DNA from: an uncultured Acidobacteriota bacterium
Lineage (GTDB): Bacteria; Acidobacteriota; UBA6911
Direction: 5' to 3'
NCBI GenBank assembly: GCA_963827655.1
Contig: CAWHCF010000017.1
Coordinates: 12,580 to 76,579 of the forward strand
DNA: 64,000 nt
The notes beneath the pieces are model-generated. The model was given only the letters and a program-made list of their open reading frames with translations, did no database searches and was not told the DNA's origin. A program made the translations under genes and the position numbers. This document shows, piece by piece, positions 39,201-47,198 of the stretch (the stretch's first letter is position 1; each line of letters starts with the position of its first letter).

Positions 39201-39257
39201 CAGCAGGGGACCCAACAAGGTCGAAAGCCTGGTTCCACGTGTCAAAGTTTGTTTCAT
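36211..39257 (-). pseudogene. Choice-of-anchor-I family secreted protein with a nested phytase-like (esterase-like activity of phytase) domain, broken by five +1 frameshifts
   Basis: Six consecutive minus-strand ORFs read as one protein: 38682..39311, 38249..38797, 38074..38499, 37773..38105, 37055..38011 and 36211..37032. Landmarks in order are signal peptide [178 protein letters not shown] and [16 protein letters not shown]. Confidence 0.8.
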
Positions 39258-39562
39258 CGGGCGTTGAAATGCCATGTAGCGCATGAGCAGCCTCCGGGTC
39301 GTAGAGATCACAAGATTTCGGATGCGAAGGAGGGAGATCGTGCCCTGGAGATGTGAACCATTTTTGACAGTCTTGTGACTTAAAGGTTAAGAACCTGCGG
39401 CGGAAAACGCAGCAGTACCTGTCCAGGAACGGGCAACAGATTTACAACTCGGTCCAATACGGAGGAACAGTTAAACCTCTTTTGGTGTCAAAACAGCGGG
39501 CTTTCTTGGTCGCAAAGGTCAGGCGTGCCGGGTGAGTTCAAGCAAGTTCAAGGAGGATAAGC

Positions 39563-39949
39563 ATGACGACAAGGGCTTTAACCCTTACCATCCTGTGGCT
39601 CATGGAGGCTGCGGTCTATGCTCAGGCTGGAGTCGCGGGTAAGTGGCGCACAGCCGAACAACCAAACCCGGAACTAGTAATCCGATTGGACCTCGAAACA
39701 GACGGAGCCCGGGTGTCTGGCACCGTAACCCATTTCGAACAGGAGCCGCGTCAGATTTCAAACGGAAGAGTAGACGGATCGAAACTCAGCTTTGAAACCG
39801 CGGGGCTGCTTAACGGCGAAGAAGTTACTGTTTCCTGGCACGGTGAAGTCAAAGGTGACGACCTTGCCCTGAGCCGCCGAATCCAGATGCCCAACGGTCG
39901 CATCATCACCCCTTCGGGCGACCCACATAAATTTCATCGAGCGAAGTAG
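39563..39949 (+). CDS. Small secreted hypothetical protein
   Basis: 128-aa ORF with AAGGAGG-like RBS (caaggaggataagcATG) and signal peptide MTTRALTLTILWLMEAAVYAQA. No family recognised. Confidence 0.6.
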   Translation: MTTRALTLTILWLMEAAVYAQAGVAGKWRTAEQPNPELVIRLDLETDGARVSGTVTHFEQEPRQISNGRVDGSKLSFETAGLLNGEEVTVSWHGEVKGDDLALSRRIQMPNGRIITPSGDPHKFHRAK

Positions 39950-40191
39950 TCGGGCTTGCCTCTCGTGGCTCGCGAAGGGCTCGAGATCGAAGTCCCATGG
40001 TCCCGGGCCGCCGGGCCGCTAATCTCGCGGCCGAGCGGCCTGGTCCTCGATGAATGCTACCGCTTTGAAACTGAGGACAGGGAAGCCGCCGGTGTTCACT
40101 GTCGGCTCCGCTGGTGACGTGAAAGCGTCCCGGGTCAGCGTGCTTCCGGCGGACGCCGGCAGGGTCGGGATTCATGTTGGGGGCGAATTCG

Positions 40192-40362
40192 TCAGGGCTT
40201 GGTTGCCTGGATCTCCAGCCCGGTGCAGATGTTGGCGCGGTGCGTCTGGAACCGTGCGGTAGCTGAAAAGAGTGCCTCGGCTATCCCCGGGCTGGTCTTG
40301 TATTCGGAGATCAGCTTGAGAATGCGCCGCTTGGCTGGGCGGCCAGGTCGTCGAGCCCAGGC
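40192..40362 (-). pseudogene. Remnant of a LuxR/NarL-type HTH (GerE) domain without start codon or receiver domain
   Basis: Hand translation of the minus strand gives ...RPAKRRILKLISEYKTSPGIAEALFSATARFQTHRANICTGLEIQATKP*. This follows the LuxR_C pattern (..ILxLIxxGxSxxEIAxxLxxSxxTVxxHRxNI..). It is bounded upstream by TAG (40363-40365) and has no ATG/GTG/TTG start. Confidence 0.45.
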
Positions 40363-40466
40363 CTATGCCGGTCACGACCGGCGCCGGGCGGGGGTCCGCT
40401 GGATCAGGCAGGAGGAATGGCCGGGGCTGGCGTAGTAATCCCCGGCACTCAAAGAAACGCTAAGGG

Positions 40467-42278
40467 CTACCGGTTTTGGGCCGCTGCGCTTTCCGTGCCG
40501 GCGTAATAGCCTCGTCGGGCATTGATGGAATAGTCGCTGTTCAGGCGACCGAAGCGGTCGTTGAGGCGAACCTCGATTCTGCGAAAGGTACTGTCACGGG
40601 TGCCGTTGCTGGATTGGTATCCCAGGGTGTAACGCAGCTTCAACCGCGATATGGCCGCGGCCATGGCCGCGTCGAGCGAGCCGGTTGTAGAAACGTCAAT
40701 GATTTCTCCGCCCGTCTCCTCCGTAACTTTACTCACGGAACCGAACCCGCCCAACCAGAGGGGGACCCGCATCGTCACCGGCGCTGCCTCCCCCGCAGTT
40801 TTCACGCTATAAATGACGGTTTCCGTTTCCATCGCGAATCGAATGAGCTGGTCCTGGCTCATGCGCGGCCTGGTGGTGGCCAGGTTGTCTGAGATCAGGA
40901 TGACCGCGCGGCGCTTGTCCGGCGCAACCAGGCTGAGGTAGTTTACCGCGTCGAAGAGCCCATCAACGATATTAGTGCCGCCGCCGGCGCGGATCTCAGA
41001 GATGCGATCGGCGATTCGCTGACGGTCGGTGGTCAAGTCTTCGAGCCGCTGCACCTCTCCGGCAAAGGTAAACAGGGCGACCTGGTCGCCACGCTTAAGC
41101 TGTGACAGCGCCTTATAGGCGGCCTGGCGTATCTCGGACATGTAGGGGGCGACACTCCCGCTGCGATCAATCACGAGAGCGAGGGCCAGAGGCAGTTCAT
41201 CGCGGGAGAAGGACTGGATCTCCTGTTCGATTCCGTCTTCAAAGATCCGAAAATCCGGCTGTTTCAAGTTCTCGAGAGGGCGGCCGCCCCGGTCGCGCAC
41301 TATGGCGTCGACCATCACCAGCCGCACGTCGACTTTGAGCTTGTATCCGCCGGAGTCCCAGTCGGGCGGAGAAGGGAGAGGCGCACTCGAAGGCGGGATC
41401 GGCTGGCGGGATGCAGCCTCGGCCGGGGCAGGGCCAGGATCGGCGGATTCAGCTTCGTCCTTCGTGAAATCGGGAACGGGTTCTACCTTGTCCTCCACCG
41501 GTCGAGTATCGCGGGTCGACGGAAACCTGCTGAGAATCGGGCGCGACGGAGACGGTGACGGAGATGGTGAGGGCGGCGAAGTATTTTGAGCTATCTGAAT
41601 TGAGCGCTGTACGGCGGTGACGGGAACGCTGAAAGCCTGGTCGAACATGGCTTCAAACAGCATGTCACGCGGCAAATCGAGATCGGGGCCGCGCTGAAGC
41701 AGGATGCTGGCCAGACCGATCCCTGCCCCAATGGCTCCTCCGTAAGCAGCGCCTTTAACTCCTCCAGCCATGGTACCAAGGACGGCGCCCTGCAGTCCCC
41801 CTTGAGCCACGACCGTAATGCTCCCGCCGTTGCCGGCTTCACCTTTTAACTGAGGCTCGCCTTTCTTGGCTTTGTCTACCTGGGTCAAACCAGCTCGCGT
41901 CACGCTCGCTTTGAGGGGCAGGTTGGTGCCGTCGGGAAGGCGAACCTCCTCAAAACGCAACCTGAGCTCGGCGCGCCCCTTGACTCGACCCGGACGTTGA
42001 ACCTTGCTGACGGTGGCAGTGACCGAGCTTCCGCTTGGAATCGCGATCTCGCCGCCGACTCGAACGGGTTCGATCGTTCTGAAGTGAACCCGGTCGCCCT
42101 GACGTGAGGTCTGGGTATGAAGCGACGTCTCGAGTTGCAAGATCAGCCTCTCACCCGAGGGGACCGCGAGGGAATCAGCCGAGGGGCCGCTCGACTGCGC
42201 CAGGAGAGATGAGAATGGAGCAACCATCGCTCCCAGCACAAGAATTGCCACGCTGAGGACTGGTTTTAGGTAAGTCAT
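40467..42278 (-). CDS. VWA-domain protein of the VWFA-related acidobacterial family, with an extended N-terminal region
   Basis: 603 aa with a signal peptide, a Gly-zipper-like segment (GGLQGAVLGTMAGGVKGAAYGGAIGAGIG) and an SP-rich linker (SPPSPSPSPSPS). It then has YKLKVDVRLVMVDAIVRDRGGRPLENLKQPDFRIFEDGIEQEIQSF and a VWA fold (LALVIDRSGS). Confidence 0.8.
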   Translation of the reverse strand: MTYLKPVLSVAILVLGAMVAPFSSLLAQSSGPSADSLAVPSGERLILQLETSLHTQTSRQGDRVHFRTIEPVRVGGEIAIPSGSSVTATVSKVQRPGRVKGRAELRLRFEEVRLPDGTNLPLKASVTRAGLTQVDKAKKGEPQLKGEAGNGGSITVVAQGGLQGAVLGTMAGGVKGAAYGGAIGAGIGLASILLQRGPDLDLPRDMLFEAMFDQAFSVPVTAVQRSIQIAQNTSPPSPSPSPSPSRPILSRFPSTRDTRPVEDKVEPVPDFTKDEAESADPGPAPAEAASRQPIPPSSAPLPSPPDWDSGGYKLKVDVRLVMVDAIVRDRGGRPLENLKQPDFRIFEDGIEQEIQSFSRDELPLALALVIDRSGSVAPYMSEIRQAAYKALSQLKRGDQVALFTFAGEVQRLEDLTTDRQRIADRISEIRAGGGTNIVDGLFDAVNYLSLVAPDKRRAVILISDNLATTRPRMSQDQLIRFAMETETVIYSVKTAGEAAPVTMRVPLWLGGFGSVSKVTEETGGEIIDVSTTGSLDAAMAAAISRLKLRYTLGYQSSNGTRDSTFRRIEVRLNDRFGRLNSDYSINARRGYYAGTESAAAQNR

Positions 42279-42475
42279 GGTGCGGTTCCTTGAAACACGT
42301 TAAATACGTACAAAAATGCTAAGTATTGTAGATGAAGAGAGGCTCTGGAATGGTTCAAAAAATTCCTCTACATTCTGAATCGAAGTAATTTGTGGTTTCT
42401 TCGTGACTTCGCGTCTTTTGGTTGACCAGCCAGGCATCAAGCCGGCATAGCCCCCTTCAGGTGTCGACCGCCGGA

Positions 42476-42601
42476 TCAATTCACGGCGGGACCGATCCAG
42501 ACCGTCTGGATGTTTACGAATTCTCGAATGCCGAACTCCGAAGCGCTTGAGCATTCTTCGGTCGCGGGATTGATCGATTCGATGATTCCGTGAGAAGCCA
42601 T
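42476..42601 (-). pseudogene. 41-codon micro-ORF that looks like an aldehyde dehydrogenase reduced to its N- and C-termini by an internal deletion
   Basis: GGAGGtgaatATG, then MASHGIIESINPATEECSSASEFGIREFVNIQTVWIGPAVN*. ...INPAT(G)E... is the usual ALDH N-terminal motif, and ...G(I/L)xEFxxxKTVWI... is the usual ALDH C-terminal motif. Confidence 0.4.
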
Positions 42602-42611
42602 ATTCACCTCC

Positions 42612-42710
42612 GGCAGGCCGGCAGCAGGGGCACCCGACTACGACCCACAGCTTTCAGCCTTCAGCCTACTGTTTACTGCGTACTACTTGCTGCCTGTTAC
42701 TGCTTGCTGC
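42612..42710. repeat. Heptamer-periodic inverted repeat (GGCAG / CTGCC type) overlapping the metG 3' end
   Basis: GGCAGGC CGGCAGC AGGGG (42612-42630) faces CAGCTTT CAGCCTT CAGCCTA CTGTTTA CTGCGTA CTACTTG CTGCCTG TTACTGC TTGCTGC (42648-42710). The metG stop (42683-42685) and last ~9 codons lie inside the array. Confidence 0.75.
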
Positions 42711-44365
42711 AACCTGGCAACCTGGGCGTCGATGACCGGGTCTTCGATCTTTTGGAACAGGATTTCCCTCGGCCCGAGGGGTTGGCCTTCAGGCAGCCTC
42801 AGCGTGGAGACCTCATCCCAGCGGCGGTAGTCGGGCGCCTTCAGCATCTGGCGCAGCTTTTCGGCCGAGAACGGCATGAAAGGCTCCATCAAGAGCGCGA
42901 GCGCCGCCTGGAGCTGCAGGGCGGTGTTGAGCGTAGTCGCGCACCGCGCCCGATCGGTCTTTGCCGTGGACCAGGGTGCCGCGTCGTTGAAATACTTGTT
43001 TCCGGCGCGGGCCAGATCCATCAATTCCCCTAACGCCCGCCGCACTTGAAATTCGTCCAGTGACTTTCCGATCCGGCCAGCGGCGGCGACCGTCTCGGCC
43101 AGAATCGCGCAATCGACGGGGGCGAGCGGCCCCGCCGGAGGAACCTTTCCTTCAAATTGCCTCTCGATGAACGAGAGGGTGCGGTTCACCAGATTGCCCA
43201 GCACGTCTGCGAGTTCACTATTGTTTCGGGTCTGGAAATCCTTCCACGCAAAGTCGGCGTCCTTGGTCTCAGGGGCATTGGCGGCCAGGTAATAGCGCAG
43301 GGGGTCAGGCGGGAAGATCTCCAGGTAGTCGTCGACCCATATCGCCCAGTTCCGGCTGGTGGAAAGCTTCTGTCCCTCAATCGTGAGAAACTCGTTGGCC
43401 GGGACATTGTCGGGCAGAATGTAGTCTCCGTGGGCCATGAGCATGGCGGGCCACACGATCGCATGGAAGACGATATTATCCTTCCCGATGAAATGGATCA
43501 GCCGCGTGTTGCGATCGCACCAATAATCCTTCCAGCGCTCTGGAGTGTTCAGTTTCTGCGCCCATTCGACAGTGGATGAGATGTAGCCGATCGGGGCATC
43601 AAACCAGACATAAAGCACTTTGCCTTTGGCTCCCTCCAGAGGGACCGGGATCCCCCAGTCAATGTCGCGCGTGATCGACCGGTCGGTCAGCCCTTCGTTG
43701 AACCAACCCGAGGAGAATTCGCGCACATTGCTTTTCCAGCGCGCCTTCGATTCCTGCCACTTCTCGAGAGCCTCTTGAAACTGCGAAAGTCTGAAATACC
43801 AGTGGAGCGTGGATCTCATTTCAGGCGCCGAGCCGCAAATCTTGCAGCGCGGGTTAATGAGCAACTCGGGTTCGAGCCAGCGGCCGCACGATTCGCACTG
43901 GTCACCGCGGGCCCCGGGGCGATGGCAATGAGGACATTCCCCCTCGATATAGCGGTCGGGGAGAAATCGTCGGCACGTGACGCAGTAGTACTGCTTCACC
44001 TCCTGCTGTCGAATGTGCCCCTTGTCGTAGAGCTTCGAAAAAAAGTCTTGCGAGATCTTATGGTGCAACGGAAGAGAAGTGCGAGAGTAATTGTCGAAAT
44101 TAATACCGAGAGCCCGAAAGCTCTCCTTTATCATCGAGTGGTACCGGTCCACGATCTCCTGCGGCGAAACACCCTCACGATCGGCGCGGATGGTAATCGG
44201 TACACCGTGCTCGTCGGAGCCGCAGATGAAAACGACGTCGCTCCCTTTGAGCTGCTGATACCTGACGTAAACATCCGCCGGAATGTAGGCCCCGGCCAGA
44301 TGGCCCAGGTGTAAGGGCCCATTGGCGTAGGGGAGGGCGGCGGTTACAAGTATTTTTTCAGGCAC
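42683..44365 (-). CDS. metG: Methionine--tRNA ligase (short form, no C-terminal tRNA-binding domain)
   Basis: GTG start. ALPYANGPLHLGHLAG is the HIGH motif, CPHCHRPGARGDQCESCG are the zinc knuckles, and GQKLSTSRNW is the KMSKS variant. Confidence 0.95.
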   Translation of the reverse strand: MPEKILVTAALPYANGPLHLGHLAGAYIPADVYVRYQQLKGSDVVFICGSDEHGVPITIRADREGVSPQEIVDRYHSMIKESFRALGINFDNYSRTSLPLHHKISQDFFSKLYDKGHIRQQEVKQYYCVTCRRFLPDRYIEGECPHCHRPGARGDQCESCGRWLEPELLINPRCKICGSAPEMRSTLHWYFRLSQFQEALEKWQESKARWKSNVREFSSGWFNEGLTDRSITRDIDWGIPVPLEGAKGKVLYVWFDAPIGYISSTVEWAQKLNTPERWKDYWCDRNTRLIHFIGKDNIVFHAIVWPAMLMAHGDYILPDNVPANEFLTIEGQKLSTSRNWAIWVDDYLEIFPPDPLRYYLAANAPETKDADFAWKDFQTRNNSELADVLGNLVNRTLSFIERQFEGKVPPAGPLAPVDCAILAETVAAAGRIGKSLDEFQVRRALGELMDLARAGNKYFNDAAPWSTAKTDRARCATTLNTALQLQAALALLMEPFMPFSAEKLRQMLKAPDYRRWDEVSTLRLPEGQPLGPREILFQKIEDPVIDAQVARLQQAVTGSK

Positions 44366-44367
44366 TG

Positions 44368-44680
44368 CATCCCTCCGGCGTCGTGGATAAAGAGCGTAAT
44401 AGTACCATACGCCTCAAATGGAGACTGACCATTGTCCCTGCGGCTTCAGGTCAAGAAATCGTCAATCGTCAATCGTCAATCGAGAGGTGGCTGGGGCGAG
44501 AGTTACATAGTCGGTGAGGGCTTCATCCCTCCGGCGTCGTGGATAAAGAGCGTAATAGTACCATACGCCTCAAGGGAGACTGGCCATTGTCCCTGCGGCT
44601 TCAGGTCAAGAAAATCGTCAATCGTCAATCGTCAATCGAGAGGTGGCTGGGGCGAGAGTTACATAGTCGGTGAGGGCTTC
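44368..44680. repeat. Tandem direct duplication, 2 x ~156 bp
   Basis: 44368-44523 and 44524-44680 are about 97% identical by eye. The differences are AAATGG vs AAGGG, TGACC vs TGGCC and GAAATC vs GAAAATC. Each unit contains the (AATCGTC)3 array, the last ~20 codons plus stop of the NUDIX gene, and the sequence that precedes the metG start. Confidence 0.9.
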
Positions 44681-45184
44681 GCGCGTCGACGGGAAGGCCA
44701 GCTCTTCCCAGGGAATCTCGGACGGCTCGAAGGCGCGTACTTCCTGGCTTTCGCTGGTTCGGCCGGCAACTCCTCCCGTCACCGTAGCGAGATACACAAC
44801 CAGCACGACTCCCACCTGGCTGTAAGAGTAGACATTCAGCAGGTCGTCGAGCCTGATATCGAGCAGTGTTTCTTCAAGGGTTTCTCGGATGGCAGCGTCG
44901 GGAACGCGCTCCCCCAGGTCTACATAGCCGCCAGGGAATGTCCACCGGCCGTAGCCCGGTTCGATGTTGCGCCGCAGCAGCCAGATCCGGCCCTCCTGAC
45001 GCGGTACGGCGGCGGCCACAATCTTTGGATTCAAGTAGTAGATGAAACTGCAGCCCGAACAGAATTTCCGCACGCGTTGCTCAAACTCGATAAACTTATC
45101 TTCGAGCTTTCCGCCGCAGCGCGGACAATACTTGACCCAGGTTGAATCGACGCTGTGCTGGTGTGGATGGTAAGTCGAATGCAT
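44618..45184 (-). CDS. NUDIX hydrolase with N-terminal zinc ribbon
   Basis: CPRCGGKL...CSGCS ribbon, and Nudix box GGYVDLGERVPDAAIRETLEETLL. The last residues RLTIDD* are encoded by the heptamer array. Confidence 0.85.
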   Translation of the reverse strand: MHSTYHPHQHSVDSTWVKYCPRCGGKLEDKFIEFEQRVRKFCSGCSFIYYLNPKIVAAAVPRQEGRIWLLRRNIEPGYGRWTFPGGYVDLGERVPDAAIRETLEETLLDIRLDDLLNVYSYSQVGVVLVVYLATVTGGVAGRTSESQEVRAFEPSEIPWEELAFPSTREALTDYVTLAPATSRLTIDD

Positions 45185-45224
45185 ATTCCGAGATTGTACG
45201 ACCGAGGTCCAGTAGAAATCGAGA

Positions 45225-45292
45225 AGTATAGTAGCAGTAGGCAGTGGGCGGTAGCCAGTATGGCAATGCTGCCTGGTGCCTGCTGCATACTG
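45225..45292. repeat. Heptamer-periodic inverted repeat (CAGT type) in the divergent NUDIX/GNAT spacer
   Basis: AGTATAG TAGCAGT AGGCAGT GGGCGGT AGCCAGT ATGGCA faces TGCTGCC TGGTGCC TGCTGCA TACTG. Confidence 0.7.
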
Positions 45293-45300
45293 ATTTGTCC

Positions 45301-45744
45301 ATGATTCGAGACTATCGGCCTGGGGATTTCTGGCGCCTCTACGAGATCGACCATATCTGCTTCCGGTCTGATGTGTCCTATTCTCGAGCCGAGCTTCTCT
45401 TCTACTTGAAGCATCCTCAGTCCATTACCCGAGTTGCTCAAATGAAAAAGGAGATTCTCGGGTTTGCCATAGGGCGAATTGAGACGGACCGGTCGGCTCA
45501 CGTTCTGACGTTAGACGTGGTGCCTGAGGCGCGCCGGCGAAAAATCGGAACCGCGTTGATGGCATCCCTGCACGATGCGTTCAAGGAACAAAGGGTGGTG
45601 ATGAGCTTTCTGGAAGTGGACTCGGCCGACCAGGGGGCGCAGCTGTTCTACCAGGCGATGAACTACAGATATGTTGAAACTCTGAGGGGTTACTATGGGG
45701 GGCGAAGCGACGCCTATCGCTTGATGCGCGTGATGACTGCTTGA
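45301..45744 (+). CDS. GNAT family N-acetyltransferase (RimI-like)
   Basis: MIRDYRPGDFWRLYEIDHICF...VLTLDVVPEARRRKIGTALM (acetyl-CoA Q/RxxGxG/A motif)...FYQAMNYRYV. ATG 45301 is preferred to the track start at 45244, which lies in the repeat. Confidence 0.8.
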   Translation: MIRDYRPGDFWRLYEIDHICFRSDVSYSRAELLFYLKHPQSITRVAQMKKEILGFAIGRIETDRSAHVLTLDVVPEARRRKIGTALMASLHDAFKEQRVVMSFLEVDSADQGAQLFYQAMNYRYVETLRGYYGGRSDAYRLMRVMTA

Positions 45745-45897
45745 TTGCAACAACCGCAAAAAATACGCAAAGAGCCGTGGGGCCACAACCAAAGTGATCC
45801 TGGTATTTCTCGGCTCTTCGCGGTTAGCGCTGCGGAACAAATACCAACTTGGACACGAAGAAACGCCAGGATCTCGACGAGAGAATCCTGAAAACCG

Positions 45898-46971
45898 TCA
45901 GCTGTCTTTGGACTGATAACCTTTCCGAGTCAGAATCTTGACCTTGTCAGGCTTTCCGTCGTTGTTGATGTCCGCGACTACGTCTACCTTTATCTTCCTG
46001 TATTTCCCGTCCTTTTTGGTATTTGAGGAGGCGTAGGCCACGCTGTATTGACTGCGCAGCATGACGGAGACGTTGTTGAAAATGCTCGGGAACTCCGTGA
46101 CGAAACGCGGGAAGTAAGCCTCTCCTCCGGTGAATTCCGCAAATGATCGCAGCCGATTATCCGACATCAGCAATTCCAGATTGGTTTCAGGGCCGATATA
46201 GCCGGCGGCGTCGGCGCGAATCCGAAAGTTCTGCCCCAGACCTATGGCGTAAACGCTGGCGTTGGCGGCCTTGCACCTCTTCAAGGCCTCGTCGTAGGTG
46301 TGTTTGGAAAAGGTATCCAGCCCCGTTGAGACCAGCAATACCGCCACTTTTCCATCAATCTCCTCCGTGCGATCCAGGGTATCGATGAGCGCGTCGGAAA
46401 GATTGCTTTCGCTGAAAGCAGGATAGTTGAACCGCGCCAGGGCTTCGTGGAGCTTCTGGCGATCTTGCGTGAAGTCGCTGAGGATCGTCGGTCGCATGTC
46501 GTAGCCGATGACAGCCACCCAGTCTCCCGGTCGCAGAGTCTTGGCGAAACCGTAAATCGCCTCCCACACTTCGTAGATGAACCAGGAAACCTGCTTGCTG
46601 TACTCCACCAGCATCACCACCGTTATGTTGGCGTCCACCGGGGCGAAGTGGCTGATCTCCTGCTTGACGTTGTCTTCGTAAACGGTAAAGTGTTCCGGTC
46701 TCAAACCGGTTATGACGTTTCCTTTCGGATCGGTTACCAGGACCTGGAGCGATACCAGATCAACGGCGACCGAAATGGCAGTTTGGCCTTTGGGCCGGTC
46801 CTGGTCTTGCTCGCCAGCCGCCGGCTTGGATGTTCGCTGAGGCGGACCTTGTTTCTTGGGCGGGTCCTGCGCGAATGCGCTCGGGGCGCCCGGCGGCAGC
46901 GATGAATCGCTGGTTGTCGACACGATCGAAGCCGCAAGAACAATCAAGAGCAAAAATGTGATCGATTTCAC
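45898..46971 (-). CDS. VWA-domain protein, VWFA-related acidobacterial family
   Basis: Signal peptide MKSITFLLLIVLAASIV. Then AISVAVDLVSLQVLVTDPKGNVITGLRPEHFTVYEDNVKQEISHF and a VWA fold. C-terminus is LRSQYSVAYASSNTKKDGKYRKIKVDV...KGYQSK. Confidence 0.85.
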   Translation of the reverse strand: MKSITFLLLIVLAASIVSTTSDSSLPPGAPSAFAQDPPKKQGPPQRTSKPAAGEQDQDRPKGQTAISVAVDLVSLQVLVTDPKGNVITGLRPEHFTVYEDNVKQEISHFAPVDANITVVMLVEYSKQVSWFIYEVWEAIYGFAKTLRPGDWVAVIGYDMRPTILSDFTQDRQKLHEALARFNYPAFSESNLSDALIDTLDRTEEIDGKVAVLLVSTGLDTFSKHTYDEALKRCKAANASVYAIGLGQNFRIRADAAGYIGPETNLELLMSDNRLRSFAEFTGGEAYFPRFVTEFPSIFNNVSVMLRSQYSVAYASSNTKKDGKYRKIKVDVVADINNDGKPDKVKILTRKGYQSKDS

Positions 46972-47131
46972 GACCTATCCTCCCCTGGGACAGAGTGGAT
47001 TTTCCATGGGGCGAATGGTAACACAATCCGGCAGTGTTATGAAAGAAAGCTGAGATTTGGAAGCTTTGGGTGCGGGAGAGACACCTGCGCAGCGCGAAAA
47101 AGAGAAGTCGCAAAGAGTTTCTCCAAACTAT

Positions 47132-47161
47132 TTGACCTTGGAAATTCAGGGTGACTATAAT
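47132..47161 (+). promoter_or_regulatory. Near-consensus sigma70-type promoter for the LysW-like gene
   Basis: TTGACC (47132-47137), 18-nt spacer, TATAAT (47156-47161). GGAGG (47189-47193) and GTG 47199 follow. Confidence 0.5.
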
Positions 47162-47198
47162 TCGGACGTTTTTCATGAAATGCGTATCGGAGGTAATC

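Noticed and set aside
39950-40191. Short ORFs 39906..40175 (-) and 40050..40262 (+) in the decayed region
   Set aside because: They overlap each other on opposite strands and have no RBS, no motifs and low-complexity translations. I treat the region as non-coding remnant DNA.
42300-42554. 84-aa minus-strand ORF in the metG/VWA intergenic region
   Set aside because: It has no RBS and an Arg-rich unstructured translation. It overlaps, in another frame, the better-supported 41-codon ALDH-relic ORF.
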